The notes beneath the pieces are model-generated. The model saw nothing but the letters and a program-made list of their open reading frames with translations, made no database searches and was not told the origin of the DNA. Shown one piece after another: positions 30,960 through 42,624 of a stretch of 45,494 bases of DNA. Within the stretch, counting starts at the first letter, position 1. The number at the start of each line of letters is the position of its first letter. The translations under genes and the position numbers were made by a program. This stretch comes from Clostridia bacterium (GTDB taxonomy: Bacteria; Bacillota; Clostridia; RGIG6154): NCBI GenBank assembly GCA_045589295.1, contig JAZNOU010000018.1, forward strand, positions 1 through 45,494. Direction: 5' to 3'.

Positions 30960-30985
30960 TTACACAAACCCTCCGTTTTACAAAA

Positions 30986-31279
30986 TTAGTCTTCCTGCTT
31001 AATTACGATGTATCTTAAGATGCCATCAGTAATTTTGTACTGTCTTGAAAGCTCTGCAGGAAAATCAGACTGAGCAGTAAACTCAACTAAAGTGTAGTAG
31101 CCTTCTGTTAAATCATTGATAGGATAAGCGAGTCTTCTTTTACCCCAATCGTCAGCTTTAACGATTTCACCGTTAGCTGAAATCAATGATTTAAACTTTT
31201 CTACTAAAGCACTAACCTGTTCTTCGCCTTTAGTTACATCTACGATAAAGATAGTTTCGTATTTGTTAGTTTTAACCAT
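30986..31279 (-). CDS. rpsF: 30S ribosomal protein S6
   Basis: KYETIFI, WGKRRLAYPI. Confidence 0.98.
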   Translation of the reverse strand: MVKTNKYETIFIVDVTKGEEQVSALVEKFKSLISANGEIVKADDWGKRRLAYPINDLTEGYYTLVEFTAQSDFPAELSRQYKITDGILRYIVIKQED

Positions 31280-31285
31280 TTAAAA

Positions 31286-31333
31286 ACACCTCCTTCTGGA
31301 CTATTGACCTATTCACTTGAATAGGTAAGGATA
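31286..31333 (-). ncRNA. S6:S18 ribosomal leader (autoregulatory RNA)
   Basis: UCCUU-[ACCUAUUCA ag UGAAUAGGU]-caauaguCCAg-AAGGAGGUG: outer stem pairs with the SD, inner hairpin, CCR in the internal loop. Confidence 0.75.
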
Positions 31334-31346
31334 AAACTGCCTAAAT

Positions 31347-31375
31347 ATTATATTATAAAGAATACTTTTTGTCAA
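31347..31375 (-). promoter_or_regulatory. Consensus SigA promoter of rpsF
   Basis: TTGACA-17-TATAAT on the minus strand. Confidence 0.85.
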
Positions 31376-31455
31376 GAATTATTTTTTAATTTGATAAAGT
31401 TGTTGAAAACTAATATTGCTTTGTGGTATACTAAACAGAAGAAAGGATTTTTATT

Positions 31456-32229
31456 ATGAGAATTTTATTTATTGGTGACATTGTAGGCAGACCCGCAAGA
31501 GAGTATCTTACAAATAATCTAGGAAGAATTAAAAATGAATATAAAATAGATATGTGCATTGCAAATGGAGAAAATGCGTCACACGGCAAGGGAATTACTT
31601 TAAACAACGCAAATGAACTTAATATGTGCGGTGTTGATGTAATTACTCTGGGCAATCACTGGACAGGCAGGGATATGAGAACTGTTTTTGATGATTTTAA
31701 GTTTATGGTACGTCCTGCCAATTTCCCTGACAGCCATCCGGGAGAGGGAAGTTTGGTTTTTGATGCAGGAAAGGCAAGAGTTGGCGTTATAAATGTTCAG
31801 GGCAGAGTTTATTTAGACCCTTTAAATTCTCCATTTGAGGCGGCTGAAAAGGAAATTGAGAAGATAAAAGACGAGTGCGATATTATTTTTGTTGATTTTC
31901 ACGCAGAAGCAACAAGTGAAAAGGCGGCACTTGCGTACTTTTTAGACGGCAAAGCCACTGCAGTTGTTGGTACTCACACACATGTTCAGACTGCAGATGA
32001 AAAGATTTTAAAGGGCGGTACTGCGTTTATTTCAGACGTTGGAATGACAGGGGTAGAAGATTCTATCTTAGGTGTAAAAAGTGAAATTATTGTTGACAGG
32101 TTTGCTTTTATTAAACCAGGCAAATTTGAACTTGCAGAGGGCAAGGTTCAGTTTAATGCGGTGGTTGTTGAGGCAGACGAAAAGACCGGCAAGGCGGTAA
32201 GTATAGAAAGGATTAATATAAGGCCATGA
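31456..32229 (+). CDS. ymdB: YmdB-family metallophosphoesterase
   Basis: GDIVG, NGEN, TLGNH, DFHAEATSEK, GTHTHV, DVGMTG. Confidence 0.93.
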   Translation: MRILFIGDIVGRPAREYLTNNLGRIKNEYKIDMCIANGENASHGKGITLNNANELNMCGVDVITLGNHWTGRDMRTVFDDFKFMVRPANFPDSHPGEGSLVFDAGKARVGVINVQGRVYLDPLNSPFEAAEKEIEKIKDECDIIFVDFHAEATSEKAALAYFLDGKATAVVGTHTHVQTADEKILKGGTAFISDVGMTGVEDSILGVKSEIIVDRFAFIKPGKFELAEGKVQFNAVVVEADEKTGKAVSIERINIRP

Positions 32230-33683
32230 AAAAACTTTTGTGTCTTTTAATGATATGTGTGCTTTTTCTATGCGGTTGCGGTAAAGAAAAGATGCCTGTT
32301 AATGCAGATTTTGGAGGTACTTTAAGTCTTTCTGCATACGAAGATGATACAATTAATCCGCTTAAAACCAAATACAAGACAAATGCACAGGTGTTTAGTG
32401 CGTGTATGCACAGAGGACTTTTGAAAATTGAACCTAATCATGAAATAGGCTGTGATTTGGCTGAAAGCTACAGTTTTTCTGACGATAAAACTTTTGTTAC
32501 CTTTAAGCTTAAAGATGCGTTGTTTTCAGACGGTACAAAAATATCAGCTCAGGATGTAATTAGCGCGCTTGACAGTATAAGAGAAAACAACGAGAGTATG
32601 TATCATATTATTTTTGATTTTGTTGATACGTATTCTGCGACAGGAGGTAGTGTTACATTAAAGCTTTTTGCCCCTAACAGCGGAGTTTTGGCATATATGA
32701 ATTTCCCAGTTGTGAAAGAAACTGATGGAAAGGTTATCGGTGCAGGATATTACAAGCTTGATGAAATTCAAAGCGACAGGGTTTTGCTAAGTGCGGTATC
32801 TGACATCAATACAAATTTTGAAATTGTGACAGTAATGATGTATCCTAAGCAGGATATGGCTGAAAATGCGTTTTTGAGCAATGAAATTGATATTATAAAC
32901 GCCGACTATTCAAACCTTGCAAGACTTCAGGGAAAAACAGGTGTAAAGACTACCGAATACGTATCTGACAACCTTGCTTTTGTAGGTTTTAACACGCAAA
33001 ACGAAATTTTAAGTGATGTTAATGTAAGGAGAGCTATTGCCTGTGCTATTGACAAAAAGGATATGGCAGAGGTATTGATGGCAGGGTATGCAAAGGCGGT
33101 AAATTCACCATTCAAACCCGATACCGTGTACGGGAATTTGTATGCGGGTGAATATCAGAAAGACATTGATATGTTAAATAAATATTTAGCAGAATCAGAG
33201 CTTAAACCAGGCGATCTTACCTTTAAAATTTTAGTGAATAAAGATAGTATAACAAAGAAAAAAGTAGCTCAGTATTTAAGTAAGAGCTTAAATGAAGCTG
33301 GAATGAACACAAGTGTTGAGGAGTTAGATTTTGAAAATTATATAACCAGAATCAATGCTAAAGAGTATACAATTTTTATAGGTGAGACAACTGTTGCCTT
33401 AAACCAGGACTTTGGGTTTTTGGCGCAAAGTGGAAAAAATTTTTTTGGATATGAGTCTGCAGAAGCGGACATGCTTTTGGAGAGATTCAGGTCTGATATA
33501 AATGTCCAAAGCAAAAAGGAAGTTGCAAAACAGCTTTCAAAGCATTTTGTTGACAATCTTCCGTTTATAAGCCTTTATTATCAGGTGAACTCAATTTTGA
33601 CAGATGGAGATATATCAGGTGAGTTCAGTCCGATGCAGACACAAATACTTGGTGATATAAATTTGTTTAAAGTTAAAAAGTAA
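32226..33683 (+). CDS. ABC transporter substrate-binding lipoprotein (family 5, peptide/nickel type)
   Basis: Lipobox LCGC, DLAES, FSDGT, VRRAIACAID. Confidence 0.85.
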   Translation: MKKLLCLLMICVLFLCGCGKEKMPVNADFGGTLSLSAYEDDTINPLKTKYKTNAQVFSACMHRGLLKIEPNHEIGCDLAESYSFSDDKTFVTFKLKDALFSDGTKISAQDVISALDSIRENNESMYHIIFDFVDTYSATGGSVTLKLFAPNSGVLAYMNFPVVKETDGKVIGAGYYKLDEIQSDRVLLSAVSDINTNFEIVTVMMYPKQDMAENAFLSNEIDIINADYSNLARLQGKTGVKTTEYVSDNLAFVGFNTQNEILSDVNVRRAIACAIDKKDMAEVLMAGYAKAVNSPFKPDTVYGNLYAGEYQKDIDMLNKYLAESELKPGDLTFKILVNKDSITKKKVAQYLSKSLNEAGMNTSVEELDFENYITRINAKEYTIFIGETTVALNQDFGFLAQSGKNFFGYESAEADMLLERFRSDINVQSKKEVAKQLSKHFVDNLPFISLYYQVNSILTDGDISGEFSPMQTQILGDINLFKVKK

Positions 33684-33736
33684 TTTTTAAAACCCTTCGG
33701 AAATATAATTTACAAGTGTAAATTGTACCAAGAAGG

Positions 33737-34537
33737 GTGATTTTTTTGGAAAAAACCAAATGGATAACTTCGTTTTTAGCTTTTTGTTTAGTGTCTGTTA
33801 CTTGTACATTTGTTGCAACAAAAAGTGCGGAGCAAAAATACATTGAAGTTTCAAATGAGTTTTCTTTGCCTATAAACAATTATATTCTTTTGATGAAAAA
33901 TGCCGATGTTGATGGCGACGAAAAAGACGATGATATATATGTTTACGGCGAAAAAAGTAACGAAAGCGCAGAATATGCTGAAAAAATCAATGTAGCAGTT
34001 GTATATAAGAAAAATGGGTTTGTTAAAAAGACCAATATATCATACTTAAAAGGATTCGTTTCGGAAATTGAAATTGCAGATTTTACTGAAAATAAAAATA
34101 AAGATATATTGCTTAAAGTGTTTACAGACCAGGACAAAACTGTTTTGATGGGACTTGTTGTGGATTTTGGGTATGAAATTCCCAAAATAATTTTCAACAA
34201 ATTTTCGGGGATTTCACCTAATATTTCGTTTGTAGACGGATATTTGGTAAATGTAAAGCTGGTAGACGGACAGGAATTTGCGGTTAATTTGAGTGCAAAA
34301 AAAGATACGCTTATAGAAAAAGGCTTTTTTGATGCTACAGGGAAGTGTCTGAACAATACAAAAATTTACACAAAGCCTTATTTTGAACTTTCGGCAGATG
34401 GTGCTGGCAAAAATATGCTTAAAGGGTGTCAGCAAGCGGTGACATCGGTTGGGGAAATCGAGCTTTTTAAAATGTACTCGAGCCAGGAATATGTAAATGG
34501 AAATTGGGATATAACAAAAATAGAAATTAAGTATTAA
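33737..34537 (+). CDS. Hypothetical exported protein with FG-GAP/VCBS-like motifs
   Basis: Signal-like N-terminus, DVDGDEKDD and DFTENKNKDIL repeats. Confidence 0.65.
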   Translation: MIFLEKTKWITSFLAFCLVSVTCTFVATKSAEQKYIEVSNEFSLPINNYILLMKNADVDGDEKDDDIYVYGEKSNESAEYAEKINVAVVYKKNGFVKKTNISYLKGFVSEIEIADFTENKNKDILLKVFTDQDKTVLMGLVVDFGYEIPKIIFNKFSGISPNISFVDGYLVNVKLVDGQEFAVNLSAKKDTLIEKGFFDATGKCLNNTKIYTKPYFELSADGAGKNMLKGCQQAVTSVGEIELFKMYSSQEYVNGNWDITKIEIKY

Positions 34538-34562
34538 AAAAACGGGCACAGCCCGTTTTTTT
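34536..34562. terminator. Bidirectional terminator
   Basis: AAAAAAACGGGC-aca-GCCCGTTTTTTT. Confidence 0.75.
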
Positions 34563-34791
34563 ACTGTTCGTTTTCCCAGTTTGTTTTTTGATCTTGTGTG
34601 AGTGGGATTATTTCTTCATCTGGGTACTTGCTTTCTTTTCCTCCTACGCAGTAAAGAAAGTATGCCCCCTTTTTGGTTATATAAAGCTTTTCTTCGTAAC
34701 CTGTTTCATCACCGAAAATCCCTTTCGTTTTTGATTCTAAAAGCTCCGCGGTGTCAGTGTTGTAGGTAACTTTTCCAATGATTTTTTTCAT
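34561..34791 (-). CDS. Small hypothetical protein
   Basis: MKKIIGKVTYNTDTA...EKLYITKKGAYFLY; RBS AGGAGG. Confidence 0.75.
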   Translation of the reverse strand: MKKIIGKVTYNTDTAELLESKTKGIFGDETGYEEKLYITKKGAYFLYCVGGKESKYPDEEIIPLTQDQKTNWENEQ

Positions 34792-34963
34792 AAATTTAAA
34801 GACCTCCTTTGTTATATTATATACATGCAAAATGCTTTTTAACCGAAAAATTTTAATTTTAAACTAAATTTAGAAAATATGCCCAAAAACCCTTTTTATT
34901 TTTTAAGTTTTATGTTATACTATAATATAAGAAAGTATTGATTAATCTGGCGAGGTGACTTTT

Positions 34964-37693
34964 ATGGGAATATTTACTAGTATATTTGGCACATATAGTT
35001 CAAGAGAAGTAAAAAGAGTTAAACCGCTTGTTGATAAAGTTTTAGCATTGGAAGAGGAATATAAAACACTTTCAGACAGTCAGCTTAAAGCTAAAACAAA
35101 TGAGTTTAAGGAAAGATATAAGAGTGGAGAAAGTTTAGATGACCTTTTGCCCGAGGCTTTTGCAACTGTAAGAGAAACATCAAGCAGAGTGCTTGGCATG
35201 CGACATTTCCCTGTGCAGATTTTGGGTGGTATAATTCTTCATCAGGGAAGAATTGCGGAAATGAAAACTGGTGAAGGTAAAACATTAGTTTCAACACTTC
35301 CGGCATATCTTAATGCGCTCTCCGGTGAGGGTGTTCATATTGTTACTGTAAATGATTACCTGGCAAAGCGTGACAGTGAGTGGATGGGCAAGGTTTACAC
35401 ATTTTTAGGGTTAACTGTCGGGCTTGTTATTCACTCGGTTGAAGGTGAAGCTAAAAAAGCAGCATATAATGCAGATATTACCTACGGAACAAATAACGAG
35501 TTTGGGTTTGACTATTTAAGAGATAATATGGTTATTTACAAGGAGGATATGGTTCAGCGCGGTCACAATTTTGCTATTGTGGACGAAGTTGATTCAATTT
35601 TAATTGACGAGGCGAGAACTCCTCTTATTATATCTGGGTTGGGCGATGAGTCTACAAAGCTTTACCAACTTGCAGATATGTTTGCTAAAAAACTTACAAA
35701 AAAGGTTATAAAAGAAGAAGATAAAAAAGTTTTAGATGAGTCTGACGATGCTGATTATATAATTGACGAAAAGGCAAAAACAGTTAATTTAACACCAAGA
35801 GGTATTAAAAAAGCTGAAACTGCGTTTAATATTGAAAACCTTTCAGACCCTGAAAATATGACAATTTCTCACCATATCAATCAGGCACTCCGTGCAAACG
35901 GAATTATGAAAGCGGATAAGGATTATATTGTTTCTCCTGACGGTGAAATTTTAATTGTAGATGAGTTTACAGGGCGTATTATGGAGGGTAGACGCTATTC
36001 AGACGGACTTCATCAGGCAATTGAAGCAAAAGAAGGAGTTACTGTTCAAAGAGAAAGCAAGACTTTAGCTACCATTACATTCCAGAACTATTTCAGAATG
36101 TATAAAAAGCTTTCAGGTATGACCGGTACTGCTCTTACCGAAGAAAAAGAATTTCAGGCAATTTATAAAATTGATGTTGTAGAAATTCCAACAAACAAAC
36201 CTTTAGCAAGAATAGATGACGAGGACATTATTTATAAAACCGAAAAAGGCAAATTAAATGCAGTTGTGGAACAAATTAAACAATGCTACGCTAAAAAACA
36301 GCCTGTTTTGGTGGGTACCGTTACAATTGAAAAGTCAGAAGAACTTTCTTCACTTTTAAAGAAAAACGGAATTCCTCATAATGTTTTAAATGCAAAGCAT
36401 CACGAAAAAGAAGCAGAAATTGTAGCTCAGGCGGGCAAAAAAGGTGCGGTTACAATTGCCACCAATATGGCAGGCCGCGGTACTGACATTATGCTTGGCG
36501 GAAATCCTGAATTTATGGCAAAAAAAGAAATGCGGAAACAAGGATTTACCGAAGAAATGATATTAGAGGCTACAAGCTACGGCGAAACAACTGACGAAGA
36601 AATTTTGTCAGCGCGTGAAAAGTTCAAGCAACTCTATGAAAAATACAAAGAGGAAATTGCACCCGAACATGATGAGGTTAAGGCTTTAGGCGGACTTTAC
36701 ATTATCGGTACAGAAAGACACGAATCAAGACGAATTGATAATCAATTAAGAGGTCGTGCAGGTCGTCAGGGCGACCCGGGTACTACAAAGTTTTACATTG
36801 CTATGGAAGATGATATTATGCGTCTTTTCGGCTCTGACAGATATATCGGAATTGTAGAAAAAATGGGATTTGCCGATGATATGCCACTGGAAGCAAAGAT
36901 GCTCTCAGGTGCAATTGAAACTGCGCAAAAACGTGTTGAGGGTATGCACTTTGACCAGAGAGAAAATGTACTCAAATACGACGATGTTATGAACACCCAA
37001 AGAGAACTTATTTATAAAGAACGTCGACAGGTTATTGATGGTGCAGACATCACCGAAAATATCAAAAGCATGATTGAAAGTTATGTCATAGATTTGGTTG
37101 ACAGATACACCTCAGGCGGTGAGTTTGTTGATGATTGGGATTTAAATGGGCTTATAAAAGAGGCTGAAGGTGCATTTTTGCCTGAGGGCGCAATACACTA
37201 TACCAAAGATGATATGCAAAATCTTGAAAAAACTAATATTATAGAAGATTTTACTTCCAAAGCTTTTGAGCATTACAAAAAGAAAGAAGAAGAGTTCGGA
37301 AGTGATGCAATAAGAGAGCTTGAAAGAATAATTATGCTTCGTGTGGTAGACACAAGATGGATGGACCATATTGATGAAATGGATCAGCTAAAACAAGGCA
37401 TATGGCTCCGTTCATACGGACAGAAAGACCCTGCTATGGAATACAAACAGGTAGGTTCTGATATGTTTGATGAAATGATTGAAAATATCAAAATTGATGT
37501 GGGCAGATATGTTCTTACCGCAAGAATTAATACACAAAGAACAGAAGTTGCAAAACCTGTTTCAGAGTCAAGAGAGGAACAACCAGGTGTTAAAAAGAAG
37601 GTAGTTGTTCAGGCAAAATCTGAAAAGGTTGGCAGAAATGACCCTTGTCCTTGCGGCTCGGGACTTAAATACAAAAAATGCTGTGGTAAATAA
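34964..37693 (+). CDS. secA: Preprotein translocase ATPase SecA
   Basis: [28 protein letters not shown]-terminal [23 protein letters not shown]. Confidence 0.99.
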   Translation: MGIFTSIFGTYSSREVKRVKPLVDKVLALEEEYKTLSDSQLKAKTNEFKERYKSGESLDDLLPEAFATVRETSSRVLGMRHFPVQILGGIILHQGRIAEMKTGEGKTLVSTLPAYLNALSGEGVHIVTVNDYLAKRDSEWMGKVYTFLGLTVGLVIHSVEGEAKKAAYNADITYGTNNEFGFDYLRDNMVIYKEDMVQRGHNFAIVDEVDSILIDEARTPLIISGLGDESTKLYQLADMFAKKLTKKVIKEEDKKVLDESDDADYIIDEKAKTVNLTPRGIKKAETAFNIENLSDPENMTISHHINQALRANGIMKADKDYIVSPDGEILIVDEFTGRIMEGRRYSDGLHQAIEAKEGVTVQRESKTLATITFQNYFRMYKKLSGMTGTALTEEKEFQAIYKIDVVEIPTNKPLARIDDEDIIYKTEKGKLNAVVEQIKQCYAKKQPVLVGTVTIEKSEELSSLLKKNGIPHNVLNAKHHEKEAEIVAQAGKKGAVTIATNMAGRGTDIMLGGNPEFMAKKEMRKQGFTEEMILEATSYGETTDEEILSAREKFKQLYEKYKEEIAPEHDEVKALGGLYIIGTERHESRRIDNQLRGRAGRQGDPGTTKFYIAMEDDIMRLFGSDRYIGIVEKMGFADDMPLEAKMLSGAIETAQKRVEGMHFDQRENVLKYDDVMNTQRELIYKERRQVIDGADITENIKSMIESYVIDLVDRYTSGGEFVDDWDLNGLIKEAEGAFLPEGAIHYTKDDMQNLEKTNIIEDFTSKAFEHYKKKEEEFGSDAIRELERIIMLRVVDTRWMDHIDEMDQLKQGIWLRSYGQKDPAMEYKQVGSDMFDEMIENIKIDVGRYVLTARINTQRTEVAKPVSESREEQPGVKKKVVVQAKSEKVGRNDPCPCGSGLKYKKCCGK

Positions 37694-37728
37694 AAAGTAT
37701 AAAAATAAATTATAAAGGTTGTGAATAC

Positions 37729-38842
37729 ATGCTTGAATTTGACGAAATTAAAGCTCGTCTTTCAGAAATGAAAGACGGAGTAGAAGAACTGAGGGATTCA
37801 CTTTGACATCGCTGGACTTGTGGCGAAAATAAGAGAATTGGAAGAGCAGGCTACCAAAGAAGATTTTTGGAACGATATGGAAAAATCGCAGAAAGTTTTG
37901 CAGCAGACAAAACAGTTAAAATCAAAGGTAGAGGCTTATGAAAGTCTTTATAGTGATTATGTAGATGCAGGCGAACTTACGCAAATGGCAGATGAAGAAG
38001 AAGATCTTTCAATGCTTGGTGAAATAAAAGATAGTGTAAAAGACATTGAAAAACGTCTTGAAGAAATGACTTTGGAAACTTTGCTTTCAGGTGAATATGA
38101 CAAAAACAACGCTATTTTAACACTTCATTCAGGTGCAGGCGGAACAGAATCTCAGGACTGGGCGCAAATGCTTTACAGAATGTACACAAGATGGGCAGAA
38201 AGAAGAGGTTTTACGGTTTCTACCATCGACTTTTTAGAGGGCGATGAAGCGGGTATAAAAAGTGTTACATTCCAGGTAAGCGGTCTTAATGCATACGGTT
38301 ATGCAAAATGTGAAAAAGGTGTACATCGCCTGGTTAGAATTTCACCTTTTGATGCAGCAGGCAGAAGACACACATCTTTTGCAAGTCTTGAAGTTATGCC
38401 CGAAATTGAAGACGATACTACCGTTGTAATTAATCCTGACGATATCAGAGTAGATACTTATCGTGCATCAGGAGCAGGTGGTCAGCATATTAACAAGACC
38501 GATTCTGCAATCAGAATTACACATATTCCTACAGGGGTTGTTGTTTCCTGTCAGAATGAACGTTCTCAGCATAAAAACAGAGAGATGGCAATGAAAATGC
38601 TCAAAGCAAAACTTGCTGAAATTATGGAAAGAGAACAAAAAGAAAAAATTGAAGATATCAAAGGAGAACAAAAGGACATTGCATGGGGAAGCCAGATAAG
38701 GTCTTATGTTTTCCATCCGTATAACCTTGTTAAAGACCATAGAACAAGCTACGAAATGGGTAATATAGGAGCGGTTATGGATGGCGATATTGACGGATTT
38801 ATTAACGAATACTTAAAGCAAAAAGCAACGGATAAGATTTAA
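37729..38842 (+). CDS. prfB: Peptide chain release factor 2 with programmed +1 frameshift
   Basis: ORF0 from ATG 37729 to CTT TGA C (37801-37807) with internal SD-like AGGG; +1 frame has SPF and GGQ. Confidence 0.97.
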
Positions 38843-38861
38843 TACGCGAAAGGAGTTTAGC

Positions 38862-39932
38862 ATGATTGAAAAGTTAGAGGCGATATATGAGAGGTTTTTA
38901 GAAATTGAAAAGAATATGACTGACCCCGAAATTATATCAGACCAGGAGAAAATGACGCAGCTTTATAAAGATAATGCTGAACTTTCACCAATCGTGGAAA
39001 AGTATCTTGAATATAAAAAGGCCGAAACTGCACTTGAAGAGGCAAACGAGATTTTGGCTACAGAAACAGATGCAGAGCTTAAAGAAATGGCGGAACTCGA
39101 AGCAGATGATGCCAAAGAAAAAATGCCTGCAATTTTAGAAGAGCTTAAAATTATGTTGTTGCCTAAAAATCCTGATGATGAGAAAAACGTTATTGTTGAA
39201 ATCAGAGGTGGTGCAGGTGGCGATGAGGCTGCGCTTTTTGGTGCAGATTTGATGAGAATGTATACAAGATACGCAGAAAGAAACCGCTGGAAATTTGAAA
39301 TGCTTTCTTCAAATATCACTGATATAGGTGGTGTAAAAGAAGTTTCGTTTCTGTTGCAGGGAAAAGGTGCATACAGTCGTTTGAAATTTGAAAGCGGTGT
39401 TCATCGTGTACAAAGGATTCCGACAACCGAATCGGGCGGAAGAATCCACACTTCAACAGTAACTGTTGCAGTGCTTCCTGAGGTTGAAGAGGTTGAAGTT
39501 GAAATCAATCAGAATGACCTTAGAATTGACGTGTTCAGAGCAGGCGGACCTGGCGGGCAGTGTGTTAACACAACAGACTCTGCTGTAAGAATTACTCACA
39601 TTCCTACGGGGTTGGTAGTTTCTTGTCAGGACGAAAAGTCTCAGCATAAAAATAAAGATAAGGCTATGAAAATTCTTCGTTCAAGACTTTTTGATTTGAT
39701 GCAGGAACAGCAAAATAGCGAAATCGCAAGTCAGAGAAAAAGTCAGGTAGGTACAGGCGACAGAAGTGAGAGAATAAGAACATATAACTTCCCGCAGGGA
39801 AGAGTTACTGACCACAGAATTGGTCTTACACTTCACAGACTGGAAGGTATTTTGGATGGAGATCTTGATGAGGTAATTGATGCTTTAGTTACAGCCGATC
39901 AGGCGGAAAGATTAAAGCAGACAAGCGAATAA
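38862..39932 (+). CDS. prfA: Peptide chain release factor 1
   Basis: PxT (RIPTTE), [15 protein letters not shown]. Confidence 0.98.
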   Translation: MIEKLEAIYERFLEIEKNMTDPEIISDQEKMTQLYKDNAELSPIVEKYLEYKKAETALEEANEILATETDAELKEMAELEADDAKEKMPAILEELKIMLLPKNPDDEKNVIVEIRGGAGGDEAALFGADLMRMYTRYAERNRWKFEMLSSNITDIGGVKEVSFLLQGKGAYSRLKFESGVHRVQRIPTTESGGRIHTSTVTVAVLPEVEEVEVEINQNDLRIDVFRAGGPGGQCVNTTDSAVRITHIPTGLVVSCQDEKSQHKNKDKAMKILRSRLFDLMQEQQNSEIASQRKSQVGTGDRSERIRTYNFPQGRVTDHRIGLTLHRLEGILDGDLDEVIDALVTADQAERLKQTSE

Positions 39933-39942
39933 GGGGAAAACA

Positions 39943-41340
39943 ATGACTAAATTTTTCAAATCCAACAAGTATGCATGCATAACATCAGGTGCGGTGTTCT
40001 TAGTTATGTTAACTACGTTGTTTATTTTAAGGCTTGGTGTTGCAGATAACGGATATTTAACGGGACGGCTTGTTTCGATGGGGCTATATGATGCTCAAGG
40101 TGCATCGGGAACAGGGTATTACTCTATGCTGTTTGGAATTGCGGATAAAACAATCAGTTTTATGCCTTCGGATATTGTTTATAGTATTTTTAAGATGGTG
40201 CTTCCTAAAGACGCAGTTATCCCTGCATTGTTTCCTGCAGTCATATATATGATCTTGGCAGTTTGGGGAGTATTTATGATTGTAAAAGCACTTGTTTCAG
40301 AAACTAAATGGAACAATATTTTGCTTTGTGCTTTACTTGTACTTATTGTGGCAGAAACAGGATATGTAACATTTTTTAACACTCCTTATGAGTGTGGTGC
40401 GGCGATTAGTTACTTTATACCTATGATGGGTGCTCTTTTGATGAGCATAAAATATGAAAAGGTAAGATATGCGATTATTTTTGGCGTTTTTGGAATACTT
40501 TTTTCAGGAACAATGCCACAAAGCGGTGCAGTTGGAATAATTATTGCATTTTATTCGTTATACCTTGCATTTAAACAAACAAGAACACAAAGAATCATAT
40601 TTGCTTTAACAGGTGTTTTAATAATTGCAGGAAGTGTTTTGGGCCTCACTCGCATTTCTGATGCAGACAAGTACAACAGTGTATTTTATGGTGTTGCAAA
40701 TAGTGAAAATGCAGCATATTCTGCTGTTTTGAGCGAACTTAAAATTATTGGGAAAGACGAACTTGCAGGTGTTGATTACTTTAAGAAAGATGCACAGGAA
40801 TTTATTACATCGCCTGATTTTGATGGGATTATGAGAAATGTTAATCCTTTGAAAGCGGCAAAACTATATGCAAAAAATCCTGAGTATATGCGCCTTTCAT
40901 TTAAATCAGCATGTGATAATTCGGTGTTTATAAAAACTGAGTATCTCGGCAATTATCCTGTTTCATCAGGGAAAGCGGGAGAAGTAAGTAGCTTTTTTTC
41001 AATGTACAGCACAGTTAAAAAAGCGATTGTACCTACAAACTTTGTAGTCTTAGCAGTAATGTTTGGTGCAATAATATTGTTTGCGCTTGATTACAAGAAA
41101 AAATATGCATTTAATGACGCTACAAAAAACACATGTGTTTTTTGTGTGTTTTTAACAGTTGCAGCATTGATATCGCTTGTAGTTCCGCCTTTGTATTTTG
41201 GCAGAGCGCAGATAGGCTTTAATCTTATAATTTATAACCTTGTTTTTGATGCGTTGGTTTTTGGTTGTGCTGTTGGAGGCACAAGACTTCTTGCTGTAAA
41301 AAGGAATATTTTGAGAGAAAAATTCGGTGTAAATCAGTAG
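39943..41340 (+). CDS. Polytopic membrane protein, WsfD-like GT-C glycosyltransferase candidate
   Basis: Many TM segments; GVADNG and YLGNY motifs. Confidence 0.55.
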   Translation: MTKFFKSNKYACITSGAVFLVMLTTLFILRLGVADNGYLTGRLVSMGLYDAQGASGTGYYSMLFGIADKTISFMPSDIVYSIFKMVLPKDAVIPALFPAVIYMILAVWGVFMIVKALVSETKWNNILLCALLVLIVAETGYVTFFNTPYECGAAISYFIPMMGALLMSIKYEKVRYAIIFGVFGILFSGTMPQSGAVGIIIAFYSLYLAFKQTRTQRIIFALTGVLIIAGSVLGLTRISDADKYNSVFYGVANSENAAYSAVLSELKIIGKDELAGVDYFKKDAQEFITSPDFDGIMRNVNPLKAAKLYAKNPEYMRLSFKSACDNSVFIKTEYLGNYPVSSGKAGEVSSFFSMYSTVKKAIVPTNFVVLAVMFGAIILFALDYKKKYAFNDATKNTCVFCVFLTVAALISLVVPPLYFGRAQIGFNLIIYNLVFDALVFGCAVGGTRLLAVKRNILREKFGVNQ

Positions 41341-41350
41341 GGGGGATAAA

Positions 41351-41974
41351 ATGGCAACCAATTACGAAACTTTGGATGACGTTACGCTTGTTGAAATGTC
41401 CAAAAGCGGAGACAGGCGTGCGGCAGATACACTGGTTGACAGATATAAAGCTTTTGTCAGAGCAAAAACAAGGGCCTATTTTTTAGTTGGTGCGGACCGT
41501 GATGATGTTGTTCAGGAGGGAATGATAGGCCTTTTTAAAGCTATTAGAGATTTTTCTTCTGAAAAGCAGGTTACTTTTAAGCATTTTGCGGATATATGCA
41601 TTACAAGACAGATAATAACTGCGGTTAAAACTGCTACAAGGCAAAAACATTCACCGCTTAATTCATACATATCGTTAAGTAAACCTGCTTATGATGATGA
41701 ATCGGAAAGAACTTTGATTGAAATGCTCAGTATCAGAACAAGCTTAAACCCCGAAGAAATAATGATTGACAGAGAAAATCTTAAAGCAACTGAACAAAAA
41801 ATAAGAAAATTTTTGAGTAAATTTGAACTTGAGGTTATGGAACTCTACATAAGGGGAAAATCTTACACAGAAATTGCACAAAAGCTTCAGAAGGAACCTA
41901 AAAGCATTGACAATGCAATACAACGAGTAAAAAAGAAAATACAAAAAAATCTGGAAGAAAAACAAGCAGATTAA
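41351..41974 (+). CDS. sigH: RNA polymerase sigma factor SigH
   Basis: QEGMIGLFKAIRDF, TATRQKHSPLNSYISL, KSIDNAIQRVKKK. Confidence 0.96.
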   Translation: MATNYETLDDVTLVEMSKSGDRRAADTLVDRYKAFVRAKTRAYFLVGADRDDVVQEGMIGLFKAIRDFSSEKQVTFKHFADICITRQIITAVKTATRQKHSPLNSYISLSKPAYDDESERTLIEMLSIRTSLNPEEIMIDRENLKATEQKIRKFLSKFELEVMELYIRGKSYTEIAQKLQKEPKSIDNAIQRVKKKIQKNLEEKQAD

Positions 41975-41997
41975 AAGGCGGCTTTGGCCGCCTTTTT
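41973..41997 (+). terminator. Terminator after sigH
   Basis: AAAAGGCGGC-tttg-GCCGCCTTTTT. Confidence 0.8.
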
Positions 41998-42045
41998 GTA
42001 ATAAAAATGCCCTTTGTTTTATATTATAAAACGGGGGAGTTTTTT

Positions 42046-42624
42046 ATGATGAACTATATTTGGGGCGGTATTATAGCAATTTCTGTGATTGTCAGCATTT
42101 TTACAGGTAAAGTGTCAGAAACATCAACAGCAGCAATGAATAGCGCCAAAGAGTGTGTGGAAACTGTGCTTTCAATGATTGGTGTAATGTGCTTTTGGAT
42201 GGGGCTAATGGAAATTGCAAACAGAAGCGGACTTATGGATAAGTTTGCTAAATTGTTGTCACCTGTAATTAATTTTTTATTTAAAGATGTAAAATCTGAA
42301 AAAGCCAAAAAAGCAATTTCTATGAATATGGCGGCAAATATATTTGGCATAGGAAATGCCGCAACTCCGTTTGGGCTTGCTGCAATGGAAGAACTTGCAA
42401 AAGAAAACAAATTCAGGGCAACTGCAAGTAATTCCATGTGTATGATGGTTGTTATTAACACGGCGTCAATTCAGCTTATTCCAACAACTCTTTTGGCTTT
42501 CAGGAGTGCGTATAATTCATCAAATCCTTTTGAAATTATGCCTGCGGTTTGGATAACTTCAGTATTTTCGGTTGTACTTGGAGTTGTTTCTGCTAAAATC
42601 TTTGAAAAAAGGAGTGGCATATAG
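42046..42624 (+). CDS. spmA: Spore maturation protein A
   Basis: MNYIW, ANIFGIGNAATPFG, NTASIQLIPTT. Confidence 0.93.
   Translation: MMNYIWGGIIAISVIVSIFTGKVSETSTAAMNSAKECVETVLSMIGVMCFWMGLMEIANRSGLMDKFAKLLSPVINFLFKDVKSEKAKKAISMNMAANIFGIGNAATPFGLAAMEELAKENKFRATASNSMCMMVVINTASIQLIPTTLLAFRSAYNSSNPFEIMPAVWITSVFSVVLGVVSAKIFEKRSGI

Noticed and set aside
37729-37806. prfB as a pseudogene or sequencing frameshift
   Set aside because: Canonical programmed +1 site CTT TGA C with an upstream SD-like sequence.
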